This document shows positions 1-12,848 of a DNA stretch of 64,000 bases, piece after piece; within the stretch, counting starts at the first letter, position 1, and the number at the start of each line of letters is the position of its first letter. Source of the DNA: Lepidodermella squamata (lineage: Eukaryota > Animalia > Gastrotricha); contig JBLDXI010000024.1 of the NCBI GenBank assembly GCA_047495785.1, positions 5,419,659 to 5,483,658 of the forward strand. Direction: 5' to 3'. A program made the position numbers and the translations under genes. The notes below the pieces were generated by a model. That model did not search any database. It was not told the origin of the DNA and was given only the letters and a program-made list of their open reading frames with translations.

Positions 1-3000
1 CCCTCGTCCGCCGACCTCGACTCGAACCTGTACGACACGCTGAACGAGACGGAGGCGCAGCGGCAGTGCGCGTTCAAGCCGGCGACGCGGCAGCCGGCGG
101 CGCTGGAACTGCGCGCCTCGCGCTGCGTCGTCATCGTGTCGTACGCGGCGAGCCTGGTGCGCGACGGGCGGTTCACGCTCGCGTACCGCCTCGTCGACGC
201 GCGCAACAACTTCGCATCGTTGCAGATCGAGAACTCGGCGTGCCAGAAGACGCGCGACCGCGAACGCTCGTTCCGCCTCGAGGCGACGAAGGCCGGCGAG
301 TGGCGCCAGCTCTCCGTTCCGCTCACTACAGGTACGACAGTTGAATACTTTTACAAATCTTACGGCAGATCACATAATCAATTTCAAAGTTGATCGCGTG
401 TTCTTAAATTACGGCCAATTTTTCGAATTTTCAACTCAGCGTTGAAATTCTAGGCGAGAACGACCTTGATAATAGTTAATAAGTTAGCTGAATACCGTGT
501 TCATGATCAGCAATTCGAGATTTTCGAAAATGTGAGGATAGTTCATTGTGATGTGAGTCTGAAGTAGTTCATACCGGTCCTCCGTGGAACAAACCGCCTA
601 GCTATGAATCGGAAATTCTTGGCTGCCCGTCGTACTGTTGCTCAACTTGAACCCGAGTAGTTTTGAATCCGATTTATTTTTGTGATTTTCTAGGCACGAG
701 TGTGATATCGCTGTGGCTGGAGCGCGGGCCGGTGGCGTCGTCGGACGTGGTCGCATCGCCGCTGATTGTGAAGAACGTGACGGTGAGCGGCGTGGCGTAC
801 GCGTCGCAGTGCCGCCGCTGCCCGCCCGGTTCGTACGCCCCGACGCCGAAAACGCCGCGCTGTCTGCCGTGTCCGCCCAACACGTACGCCGTTGCTGAAG
901 GTAAGAGCCGCTGCTGTTGCTACGAAGCCCTTACTCATGATGAAAATCGGTCGATTAAATCGGGATTAAATTGGTGGTTGAGTTGAATTCAATCGGCATG
1001 AAATGCAAATTTTCTGTTGAATTTTTTCCAACTTTTTGGATTTTTTTTTCGAAGAAACTTGAATTTAGGTAGGACTGAAACAAGAGTGAACAATTGTTAA
1101 CAAGTTGCTGTGTATCTCCTTACTTGAATTGAATTTATTTCTTTTTTTGTGTCTGTTTGAAGGATCGACCAAGTGCGTGAAGTGTGGCGATGACGAGTAC
1201 GCGGATGCGGGCGCGGCGGTGTGCGTGAAGCGGCCGGCGTGCACGCCCGCGGACTACTACGCGTCGACGGGCGGCGTGTGCGACCAGTACGGCGAGACGA
1301 CGCTGGCGTACGCGTGGTTCGAGCCGAAGCGCTGCTCGGAGACTGCGAGCGGCGCCGTGCAGTTGCCGCCGCCGCAGAAGCGCAAGTGCCCGCACTGCAA
1401 CCCGGGCATGTTCTACAACTCCACGACTAGTGGTACGGCGTCGTCGTCGAAGCAGTGCGTCTTCTGCCCGCCGAACACGTACAACGACGGCTCAGAGGTG
1501 GTGTGCAAGCCGTGCGTAGCAGCAGCCGCAGGAAATGGCCAGCAGCAGCAGCAGGCGTACCGCGTGTCGGGCGTGTTTTGGCGGCTGTGGCGCCAACCGA
1601 TGCCGGCCGACGTGGTCGGCAACACGTGCGACGGCGGCGACGACGCGTGCGACGGGCCGCGCGGCTGGCTGCCCGCCGACGACCACATGGCGACGATCCG
1701 CCGCCACGCCGCCACCGCCTATTCGGTAAGCTCAGCGGCTTTAACTATTTCTAGTGAGAACTAATCGAACAACAACAAATTGATTTGATTTGACATTGTG
1801 ACTCTGGTTTAACGGATTTGATTCACGTTCTCTGAGCTCGAGTGTTCATAATTTTTGGCTTGCACTCAAAACTTGCACTTGTTCGGATGAAAATTAGCTT
1901 CCTGAATGAATACTTTGAATGCTTTCGTAATATTCCACCGTTTGTGTTCTCTATATGATGTAGGTGCTGTCATTCCGCGTCGACCGGGTGACGCGGCGGC
2001 CGGTGAAGCTGTCGCTCAACTTCGAAACCGAGTGCGACGACGCGTGCATTTTCCTAGTCGCAACCACGGTAAGTCGAGTCGTGAATTATCATGATGTCCT
2101 AATAATGTTTTTTATTTGTATACACTGAAACAGCCGAACAGCGAAGTGTCGGAAGGCGACGACTTTGAGCTCATCCACAAGTCGGTGGGCAAGCAGGCGC
2201 GGCAGTGGCGCGTCTTCGACGTGACGTCGGCGCCGCCGTTCACGTTGCACGTCATGTTCCGGAAACTGACGGCGGCGCGCTTCAACGAGCTGCTCGCGAA
2301 GAAGCTGGCGGCGAACGAACTCGCGCTGCCGCACGGCGACTTCGACTCGAACGTCGCGCGCCTCTACGCCTTCAACTTGACGAACGTCGAGCCGGGCGGC
2401 ATGGCCGAGTGCTACGACTGCGCCAGTCTCCTAGCTACCCAGCAGCAGCGGGTGCCTGTTTTCTGCACGACGTGCCAGCCCGGCTGGGTGCGGGGTGCCA
2501 ACGCGACTGCGGCATGCTCGCCCTGCCCACGAGACCACATCACGCCGCTTGTGCTCAGCAGCAGCAGCAGCACTGGTTCGGAGGCGACGGCCGAGCATTC
2601 GGACACGTGCGTCGCGTGTCCGGCGCACATGCGGGCGGCGCGCAGTGGCGTGGCGTGCTACTCGGACTGCCGGTTCAACAACTCGGCGCTGCACCTGCGC
2701 TACGACCTCAGTTCGTTAGGGCTCGGCCGCGCCGCGTCGCTGCCCATGTTCCTGCCCTCCGGCATCAAGTTCGTGCACACGTTCAACGTCAGCCTGTGCG
2801 GCGATGCGGTGCCGCCGGCGTGCCAGCGCGGCCGTGCGCCCAGCCTCATCGACTCGGTGCTCAACACCGCCAACTCTGCGGCTGCTGCTTCTGCTGCTTC
2901 GGCTGAACTGGGCTATGGCGCGTCGCGGGTGTGCGCCGCCACCCTGCTGCAGCCGCGCAACGACGTCTACTCGTCGAAAATGTAAGCAAGCACACTTCAA

Positions 3001-4755
3001 CAAATAATAGATCTATGGAATTTCATTAAGAAATTGATTTTTCGAATTATTCACCAAAAGTTTGATCATTTGAGAATTCAACTTTGGAATTCAGTTGCTG
3101 AATTCAGTTGTAAGCCAGAACATCACCACTTCGTCGATCAAAAATACCAATTTGAAAATGACGCAAAGTTCTGCTTGGTTTCAGTTGCAATTTTTAAGTA
3201 GTTTTTCACCCAGAAGAAACTAAGGAACCTTTGCCTAGTTTTTAAAACTAGGCTCCGCTAGACTGGCTATTTCGTCCGTGTGAAAAAGTTCCATAATTGT
3301 TAACGACACTTTTAGATACGGCATTTTCCCCTGAATACGAGAATTTGTCAAAAATTACACCAATTTAAAAACTTGTTATCTATGAGTGCATAATGTGTTT
3401 TATTTTCTCTCGCATGCAGTGTTGGCTCTCGCCTCGTGTCGATAGCGTTCGGCGACGTGGCTGAGGCGGTGCGAGCGACGAACCTAACCGGAGGAAGCAA
3501 CGGCTTGCCGGCGGTGTTCAACGTGTCGCAGCTGCCGGCGCCGGCCTACGCCAACCTGCCCGACGTCGTGTTCGTGTTCGCGAGCGACGAGCGCACCGAA
3601 GCGTGTCCGAACGGCGCCATCACCGCTGTCGTCCTACGATGTGGCGGCACTGGCACTGGCAGTGGCAGTGGCAGTGGCACTCTTCACCTGCCGTCCGGCT
3701 GCCCGTCCGGCTCGTGCGACAACTGCCACTACATGGTGGGCTGGGTGGCGCCGGGCGCGTGTCCGCTCTGCAACGACACGGACCTCGACTTTGACCTCGT
3801 CAACGGCGACTGTTCCTTCGGCACGCAGACCGTCTACAGGGTAAGCAAGCAACAAATGATACGCGCGCAGATTGCAGAGTAGCAATAAGTGACTCTTGAG
3901 TAAGGTATTGTAAGGAGTCAAGTACAGTCGAAAGAATTAACTTCAACGCCGCTGTCGAGTCGAAATTTCGATAGTTAATGCGGAAAATTCATCCCTTCAT
4001 AATAAGATTTTCAAAGCTTGCGGAACTTGACAACATGGGAGAAACGGCGAGCTCAGTGAATGTATTCCAAATCGGAAAAACTTGAAAACAGAGCGTAAAT
4101 CGTATATTATGGTTTAATTTAGAAAAAAGTTGACATTTTTATTCGAAATTGTTTTTAATGTGAGCTAATGTTTTGTATGAATTAATTTGTTTGTGTTCGT
4201 GCGTAGTACCCGCGGCCTCACTGCGTGCTGCTGAGCAACCGCGAGCGGCAAGCCGTGCGGTCGCAGTCGTGCGCCGCGCTGCCGCTGTGGGCGCAACTCT
4301 CCATCGCGGGCGTCGTCGCGCTCCTCGTCATCCTGCTCATCGTGCTGCTGTACACGTGCAAGCGTACGAAGAAGCTCGAGTACCGCTACATGAAACTCGT
4401 CCAGTCGACGGGCGGCGACGGCGGCGACGACGACGACGATGGCGACGGCGGTGGGCAACTGCCGCAGGCCGAGTCGTGCGCCGTCGAGGTGGACGCGCCC
4501 GACGATGGCGACGGCGATGAACGCGAGCACTTCAACAGCAGTCGCAACAACAAGCAGCATGTGAAGCAACAAGCCAAACGATCGTCGGCTGCGGCTTCTT
4601 CGAAAATGAAAAAGTTTCGAACTCTTGACAGCGGGTCGTCGTCGGGCGGTTCGGGCCGGTTGAACAACGCCTTTTTCGAGGTATTATTACTTGTTGATGA
4701 TGACAAACCGGTTGCAGCTGCATGTGATAGTGGTAGTGATCAAGCCATAGCTTGA
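1..4755 (+). CDS. ELAPOR: ELAPOR1/2 (KIAA1324, UPF0577)-like Cys-rich type I membrane protein, 5'-partial. Exons <1-331, 694-900, 1163-1725, 1964-2068, 2134-2981, 3420-3840, 4207-4755
   Basis: Exons join in frame through GT-AG introns (phases checked). Repeated CxxCPxxTY motifs, a luminal segment (FNVSLC, CPSGSCDNCHY) and a TM helix. The tail CKRTKKLEYRYMKLV...LPQAESCAV matches the ELAPOR tail KKNQKLEYKYSKLV...LPAADSCAI as I recall it. Confidence 0.9.
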
Positions 4756-6987
4756 TTGAAGCCAACATGATGTGATAAAACATATTATTTTTAATACTCT
4801 AATTTTGTGTTTGTGCGATATTATTAATTGTAAAGGCATCGGATGCTGATAACATGGAGTCACTGATGACCGCCCGGCCATCAGTGCTCTAGTAGCAACA
4901 GCGACAACTGAAGGATGAGTCTACAAATGACATACATACATGCATGTTGTCTTGTCTTGTCCCTTGTTCGGTGAATGTCTCCGTCTAATAAGTACTTAAT
5001 GCCTATAGTTTCTTAACTACGTCATGGATCGCGCTTCAACAAGGCTTGAAAAAAAACAAGTACTTATATAGCAGCAGCAGCAGCATGCAGAATTGCTTTT
5101 TTCCGCTATCCTAAACCCCTGATATAGAAGACACCTGGCTGGCTGGCTGATTGATCTGATACTTATGGTGATGGGGTTATGCATAGACTACCTACATATG
5201 ATATAGACGATTGTGAAATCTATAACAAAAACAGACCACGTTTTACAAATTGACACAGCTATAACATTCCTTTCTTCTCACTTGCGTTGTTGTTCGTTTT
5301 ACCTAAACGTTGTTGTTGTTGTTGTTGTTGCCGTTGTTGATGATTTGATATTTGTTCGTATTAGCAGAATTTTGAGCTCAATCGCAGCTGATTTTGTGTG
5401 CAATATCATCATCACGTTCAGTTTTATGTTGTTGTTGTCAATTGCAAGAGCAGCACATTTATATTATTTATTTTTTTCAAGTTCAACACCCTAAAACACC
5501 TCTAGTCAGCTCTATAACTAGAACCCTGTTGTTACTAGTTTGTTCTCCGATGGCCAATTATTATTATTATGCTACTATAAGTCGAGATGATAGTAAGAAG
5601 TGAAATGAGCAACAGCAGCAGCAGCAACTAATCCTCGAAATCGCACTAAATTGGTACAGAGTTCAGAGGATTGGCTAGTCTTGGCTTAATCTATGAATCA
5701 AAGCGAAGTGCAACAACAACAACCCGAGACAGCGATGAGCAGCTACGATTCTCTTACATTATTGACAGTGTGCAGCATCAAAATGTCATGGCTTCTTCCT
5801 TTCTTCTCCGTTCGTTGTAAAAAAACTTGAACTACTTACTACACCTTATTCGACCTCGATATTTTTTTTTGCCGTGTTTTTGTACCAACTACCAACCATT
5901 CATTCATTGGTAGCAAAGTTGAAGATGGTGGTGGTGGTGGTGATTCCTTTCATTGATTCATGATTGTTTTCATTATATCGTTATATAATATTATAATATT
6001 ATAGTTGATGTAGTCCCGGTTCAATGAAACTAAATGATAATACATATAACATGAAACAGCTACTAATTGATTGGTCTCAAGCTTTAAACATAAGAAGAGT
6101 GTTAATTCGGTCAAGTTGTGATTACAAATGTGTGCATATTATCCAAGCTTCGAAAGCAGCCCGCCCCCATCTCCATGTATAGTATGTTGTGCAAAAAATG
6201 GCGGCGGCTTCTACTTGTTGTGATTGATCTCTGCAACTGCGTCTTCGGCTGCGTGAATATCAAGTATAGTCATCTCTTGATCTATCTGACTGACTGACCT
6301 GAATGATCTCGGCGTTATGTTGAATTGATTCTCGATTTTGGCGTCTTGTCATGACAGCGTGATTCTCGTTCTTCCACCGTCTGCCTTGCCAGCCATTGTT
6401 AATCTCAAACTTGTTGCTTTTTGTCGAAAACTGGTCTCATTATTGCAATGCTTATAAAAATATCCGTGTTGTGCTTATATGGTGGTGGTGGTGCAAAATC
6501 TAGTTTTTAACTGTTGTTTATTCCTGCGCTGCAATCTTTTCGGTGTCTCCTCTACACGTGATTTTCGAACGGTCTCAAACAAATAACTAAAGTAATACAT
6601 AATATCCTCTAGTGGGGTTGATGAACCAAGTAAACGCATCATTCATCTCAGGAGTCTCTTCTCTCGCATAAATAGCTCTATTCGAACCAAAATTGACGTT
6701 GCATGTACGTACGTTCATCATCGACGTGGCGCTTGTTTGCTTGCGTTTTTTGTCTCCAGCTGGCGCCAAAATTAGTGTTCATTTTCGGCTATAACACTTA
6801 TCTATTATGGATCGAATCGAAAATTTATTAATAAAGAATCGTATATCAGCTCAATCGAACGCGTGTTTTGTTATAGGTACATTGGATTCACTTGGGGTTG
6901 GGCTTACTACATCAGAGCTGTTTAAAAACATATTATGTTGTTGTGCATCTTATAGATAGATACCTATATCGGTTTTATAAGGCACAA

Positions 6988-8236
6988 ATGATGGCGGATG
7001 ACTTTGACGGAGCCATCGAACTGCTGACGGCTTCGAGTAACGGCGCTGACCAGGTGGTGTTGGAATGCCTGAGAAAAGCTCGCATCGCCATGAGCAGACT
7101 GGCGTCGAATTCGACGATCGACGCGGCGAAAGCGACTCGCCTCGCCGACATTTGCCTCAACAAACTCGTCGAGGCGGAGGTGAGTGATAGCGAAAACGAG
7201 GCGGTCGCTGTCAGTTTGCTGCAGCTGCTGTGCAATGCAGTTGTCGCCGGTTTCTTGTCACCGCCGTTTGAACGCGTTCTCCAACACGCGCCTCGCCTCG
7301 CAGCTACATGCTCGTCGACGACAAAGCGCGGTTCAATGGTATCGGCGTTGTTTTTCCAGTGCTCACTGCGCAATGACTGCTTCATCGACGAGTTGCTACT
7401 CAGACTGCAGATGAACGATTATTCGCTCCTGGGGTCTTATGTGGAGAATCTCGCGAACATGTGGCTGCAGGCAGAGCGGCACGACTACCTGGAGTGGAAC
7501 GTGTTCTTGCTCGAGGCCGCGTTCGCCTCGCCGCACTTCGGCCTGCTCGTCGCCGGCCGCATGGCGCCGAGCAGGCGGCGGCTCGTGCTCGAGGCGCTGG
7601 TCGAGGCGCCGCAAGCCGCAACGACGCAGACCCACCGCTACCTGCGCTGCGTCGCCGACGAACTGAACCGAACGTGGCAATCGATATCGAGCCGATATTC
7701 AATCGATATGGATTTGCGTGATGACGACGACGAGTTGCGGTGTTTGAGTCTGCTAGCCGAACTCGTGGCAGACGCGCCGCCAGATCTCCGCCACTCGATC
7801 GACACGCCCCAGTTGTTCGCCACTTGCCTCGATCTGCTGCAATTCGTGCGTTCGATACCCGACACGAAAAACGATTCCAACCAGCAGCAGCCGTGTGGTG
7901 CGTTGAATTTGAAGAGCAGGGTGATTCAGCTGGTGGGCGTGCTGCTGCGAGACTCGCCCGCCAACAAAGCGGCACTGCTGCAGCGAGACGACGCGCTGCT
8001 CGGCCTCGTCGACGTCATGAGCCGCCTCGACCTCGCCAGCCCCTTTGCCTCGCAGTGGTGCATCGTGGCGATTCGCAACGCCGTTGACAACAGCCCCGAA
8101 GTCGCGCTCGCCCTCTACGAACTGCTCACCGGTTCCGATCTGCTGGGCCGGCTAGGCGTCTCCCTACAACCTGCTGCTGCTACGGACGATAGCAAGAATG
8201 CTCAAGAATGCACTGAGTGTGTTCAAGTCGAAGCTG
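6988..8236 (+). CDS. ATXN10: Ataxin-10-like ARM-repeat moiety, the N-terminal half of a fused ORF that runs without a stop into GDPGP1
   Basis: ATG at 6988 within ORF 6892..8742. LKSRVIQLVGVLLRDSPANK...LDLASPFASQWCIVAIRNAVDNSPE resembles the ataxin-10 C-terminal domain (FKSHLIRLIGNL...SNPFLTQWVIYAIRNL). Confidence 0.75.
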
Positions 8237-10471
8237 GTGAGTCGACTAATGAGATCTACTACTACTCGAAGGCTGATTTCGTATGTTCGCCCGATGATTC
8301 GCCGCCGCCGTCGATGACTCGCTTCAGTGAGCACTTGCGGGCGGCGTGGCAGCGCGCGTGCGGCACGCCCGGGCTGCTGCGGTTCCGGTGCCGGGCCGAG
8401 TCGACGCCGGCGCGCCGCATCGGCCGCTACTACGCGCTGCTGAACGAGCAGCGGGCGACGAACCGGCGAGCGGCGCCGCACTTCGACTCGGTGACGCAGC
8501 CGCCGGACGAGCACGCGTTCAACTTTTCGAAATGCCGCCGGCAAGAAGTGCTCTTCGCCATGCACTGCCGCGAGGACGTTGAGGCGGCTGGTGGTGGTGC
8601 CGAGCTGGAGTTGGAGGCAACTGGTCGGCGCGTGTTCAGCCGGCGGCAGCAACGCGTCTCGCCGCTGCACGAGCGCCACGTCGTCATGGTGAACGTGTCG
8701 CCGATCGGCGATCCGTCATGCTTGATCGTACCCGACAGGTGAGACAGCAAATAGTCAAAAGTAGTCGGAGTAGTTAGTTTTGCGTTCGGTCGAAAGGTCA
8801 AAAGGTGCCAGTTAGGCGAACGAACCATTTGTTGCTATAATGGCATCGTGTACACATTTCAGAGTGCAACAAAAAGTGGTTCACTATTATAGCCAAGAGT
8901 GCAGTTTTTTATTAAAGTTATTTTTCTGTTTTGCAATATTTACTCGTTTTCGTTTTTCGTCTTCGATCGATTTTCACAAGATCGATCGAATGGTGGTAAA
9001 AAATTTGCGTAAAAAGCAGCGCAATATGGGATGACATTGAAAAAAAAGTGTTTAATTTTTGCAATATAGACTGGCTGTGCTGCCGCAGTTGATGACGGTG
9101 GAGGCGGCGCGGCTGGCGATCCACTTTGCGCTGGCGTGCGGCGACCGGCACATGCGCGTCGGCTTCAACTCGCTGTGCGCCTTCGCCTCGGTCAACCACC
9201 TGCACCTGCACGCGTGGTCGAGCCGCAACGGTGCGCCCGGCTACGAGCGCGACGGGCTCTACGTCGAGTCGACGCCATGCCACCGCCTGCTCGTTGATCA
9301 GCAATCGCCATCGGTGTTGTTCGAAGTGCGCGCGCCCGACGACTCGCCGCTGCCCGGGTTCGCGCTGTCGTTGCGCGAGTCGGCACGAGGCGACCCGGAC
9401 CGCCTCGCGCAGCTCTTGTACCTGGTGTGCGATGCGCTGGTGGTGCGCGACACGCCGCACAACGCGCTCGTGACGTGGGGCCGGCCCTTCGAACAGCAAG
9501 CAGAAGCAACTCGAACTGATGATGACGATGCCGAGCAGACTGAGTGGACTGTTCGCGTGTTCGTGTGGCCGAAGCGCAAAATCGAACGTAAGTTGATGCT
9601 TGCTTTGCTCGTCCTACTCTTCTTACGCGTGTAGTATTTGGTGTTGTGTGCTCATGCGTGACTGTGTGTATGATTTGATTTGATTTGATGATGATGCTCG
9701 TTCGAATAACACACACACAGGCTGGCAACAGCGCCGGCCACTCGCCGCTGCTTCGATGGAGTCGGGCGGCTACGTCATTGTCAAATCGCCAGCTGCCTTC
9801 AACGCCATCTTCCAATCAAAGTCAAATCACGTTGATGACGATGATGATGATGATGTATCATTGCTGGGCTCACAGATCGCCATCGACGCGGAAATGTTCG
9901 CGCAGACGGCGGCTGCGTTGCCACCACCAACCAGTCGTCGAACAGCCGATGGATGTGGTGGACACGGTGGTGGTGCTACAATAGCAGCGAGTGACGAGTG
10001 GCGGCGGCTGTGCCACGCTGTAGCCAGCCACGTCGTTTCAGCAACAGCATGATGATAACACCGCTATAAACACCGCTCAGTATTTTATTCTGCGTCGTTT
10101 TTCTCGTTTGTGTGTGTGTGATTGAGTTATTTGGCATGGTTCTATTGGTGATTTGTCTGAATTGTTTATGCTCTCCTCCTATACATGTACAGGTGGTGAG
10201 AAGGATGCGGCGGTGTGCGCAGCCGTGGGCGAACTCGCCGGCTACCTCATCGTCAAGGACGAGTCGCTGTTCTACGACGACGACGACCAAGATGGTGGTC
10301 AAATGTCAGCCGAGTGGTGGCATCGCCAAGTCACCCAACAGGTAAGCGTCAGTCACCCTACTTATTAGTTTGTTAGTTTTTTGTAATCAATTCAAACAGG
10401 CTGCGGTGGCGCCACCGCACGAGTACGCCGCCATTCGCCAAGCTGTTGTCGACGCTGTTTCATCATCGTAG
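8237..10471 (+). CDS. GDPGP1: GDP-D-glucose phosphorylase (GDPGP1/VTC2 family, HIT superfamily) moiety. Exons ..8738, 9070-9587, 10193-10341, 10400-10471
   Basis: Motifs LNEQRATNRR, FNFSK, VNVSPI..CLIVP, RVGFNSLCAFASVNHLHLH (HIT motif at 9197-9211), HNALVT, VRVFVW and ELAGYLIVK. Splice phases are consistent; stop TAG at 10469-10471. Confidence 0.9.
9721..10052 (+). CDS. Alternative, paralogous terminal exon of the GDPGP1 moiety
   Basis: Acceptor ...acacag at 9720 is phase-compatible with the donor at 9588. It encodes AAASMESGGYVIVKSPAAF, equivalent to AAVGELAGYLIVKDESLF in the downstream exon, and has its own stop at 10050-10052. Confidence 0.65.
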
Positions 10472-11269
10472 CAGCCGAGATCCGATCCAATTCACTCTGA
10501 TGCTGCTGAAATGGCCTTTTACTCGTGTATTCTGTGATTACTTATAATATACCTTCTGCTCTACTGCTTATAGTTCTTGTTGCTGATTTCTATGCTGATG
10601 ATACATATACATTCATAGCTTATATTTTGTGCTCTTTGTTTTTTCTTTCTCTCGCTGCTGACGATGATGATGATGCCGGTTTGTGGACAAAATGATAATA
10701 AAATTGAAACAAGTCACAAACAAGTCTCAGTTGTTTATCACTTTTCCATCGAAGACAAGTTTTTTCCTTTCTCCAAAACATAACTAACTTGCCAATTTTC
10801 ACGTGCCGTTGGTGCAATATAATTGGTCATAATTGTCGCATTTTTAGTTTTAGACCACAGGCCACTCGAACAAACAAACAAACTAATGAAGAAACAACGC
10901 TGCTGCGGCCAACAGGTGCTGAATTCTTTATAGGTACAACAGCCCCAATTTACTGTGCGGTCTTCGAAGGCGCCATTGAATCGATATTACATATATGCTA
11001 CTATCGGAAGTATAAAACTACTCTATCGAAGTGGGCCTATTCCGTCTTTTAATAAAAATTAATACTTGGCCCACCGACATTGGTTCGATGGATAGTAAAC
11101 AATGGCACAGGTCGGTAATAAACGTGTCGTAGTCGCGTAGGTGAGACGCTAAGCCGGCAGTCATCCACCATCCATCCATTCATCGTCGTCATCATCATCA
11201 TCATCATCCTGATAATGACGACGACGACGATGACAGCTGAAAACTGCCGCGCTGCTATAAAGTAGCTGC

Positions 11270-11301
<32 letters not shown>

Positions 11302-11359
11302 CGATCAAAAATCGATCGATCTGCCAGTAGTGTAGTTCATACCTTGACAGCTGCCGTTG

Positions 11360-11372
11360 ATCACTTGGCAAC
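11360..11372 (+). promoter_or_regulatory. Candidate RFX X-box upstream of the Tctex1-domain gene
   Basis: ATCACTTGGCAAC fits RYYNYY-W-RRNRAC about 300 bp upstream of a ciliary-type dynein light chain gene. Motif match only. Confidence 0.3.
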
Positions 11373-11662
11373 CGCGGTCTTACTTGCCTATATATGTTGT
11401 GCCCGACTGCCCACCGACACTACGTCGCATATATACATAGCATAGTTGTAGTTGCTGCTGCTATTTTCAATCGGAACAGTTTATCACCCAGGCACGTTGC
11501 TGCTGCTGCTGAATATATACCATACCTAAAAGCCATTTTCTTCTTCAAGAGCGCAGCCACAACTTCCCGCTCTTCAAATATAACAACCGCACATTTTAAT
11601 ACCTCCTACCTGTTGTTTTTCTCAATGAATTTAATAGCAGCTTTATTGTAAAGCGATTAGAG

Positions 11663-12848
11663 ATGCCGAACTCGAAAGCGAATGCAAACGCGAGCAGTAA
11701 AGACACCGGCAAAGCGGCCGGCGGTGGCGGCAAAAGCGGCACCCAGGAGTCGATGGGCGCCGTGGCCGCCGGCGACCGGCCTGAAACCATCGTCGAGGAA
11801 CAGGAGAACGAGGCCATGAGCATTCAGGTAAAATTGTTCATTAATTGTTCAACTATAACCTGAGACACTTTTATCTAATCAGGAGACGACAGTGTCGCGG
11901 TTGTCGCGCACGCAGCGCGGGGCCCGCGACAAGACCGGCATGGGCGAGAAGACGTCGCAGGCGCTCGTGTCGCAGCAGCGCCTCGAGAACACGTACAAGC
12001 TGATGCCGGACATGCCGTTCCGCACTGGCCGCGTCAACGAAAAGGTTACTTCGCCAATTCACTCTACAGCAATCTACTGCTTCTTCTCATTAATCAAACT
12101 TGCCGAAATCGCCATTTTTTATTAGGCACCCAGAATTGTTATGAACAATCTAAGAAAATCATTTTGGGAATTTTGAAAGCGGGAAAATTTGTAGCAAATT
12201 TCTTCAGTTTCATGTGTTCATATTCGTTGGGCGGAACCCGGATTCGTTGTTTTTTCACCGATTTATAACCGTCAAGTTGTATTAATAACATAACAGCAAT
12301 ATTTCACTTGAAGTTCTCATAGTATTCGAACTATCGGGATTTAAGCCGGGAAAATACCTGAAAACGCTGAATACTTGTAGAAATTTAAAATAATCTCAAA
12401 TTACCATGGGCAGGAGTTTCAGAAATTGGAAAAAAAAATCTACTGTACTCCAGCTTTCTTGTTGCTGAGTCATCAACTGCGATGAGAAAAAAATGAAAAC
12501 ACAAGTGTTCTTAAATCAGCGTTTTGTTTTTTTCATTATGATTTATTACAGGTTCACCAAGTGGTGTCGGCGCGCATGGCCGATTTCACGTACTCGCCTG
12601 AGCGGGCGGCGGCGCTGACGTGCGAACTGGCGGCGGCGTGCAAGGCGGCGGTGAAGCAGCTGCGCATGGCGCGGCACAAGCTCGTCGTGCTGGTGACGCT
12701 GCTGCCGGCCGGCGCCGACTGCCGCCCCTCGCTCATCTACTCGTCGCGCTGCCTGTGGAACACCGACACCGACTCGTCGACGAGCGTCACCGTCACCGCC
12801 CGCGCCGCCACCGTCGTCGTCCTCGTCTTCGGCCTCTACTACGACTGA
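11663..12848 (+). CDS. Tctex1-domain dynein light chain (TCTEX1D1/DYNLT5-like). Exons 11663-11827, 11883-12044, 12552-12848
   Basis: LENTYKLMP..F, Y....A..L, RHKLVV, SSRCLWNTDTD and C-terminal VFGLYYD are Tctex-1 family hallmarks. Exons join in phase 0. Confidence 0.88.
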
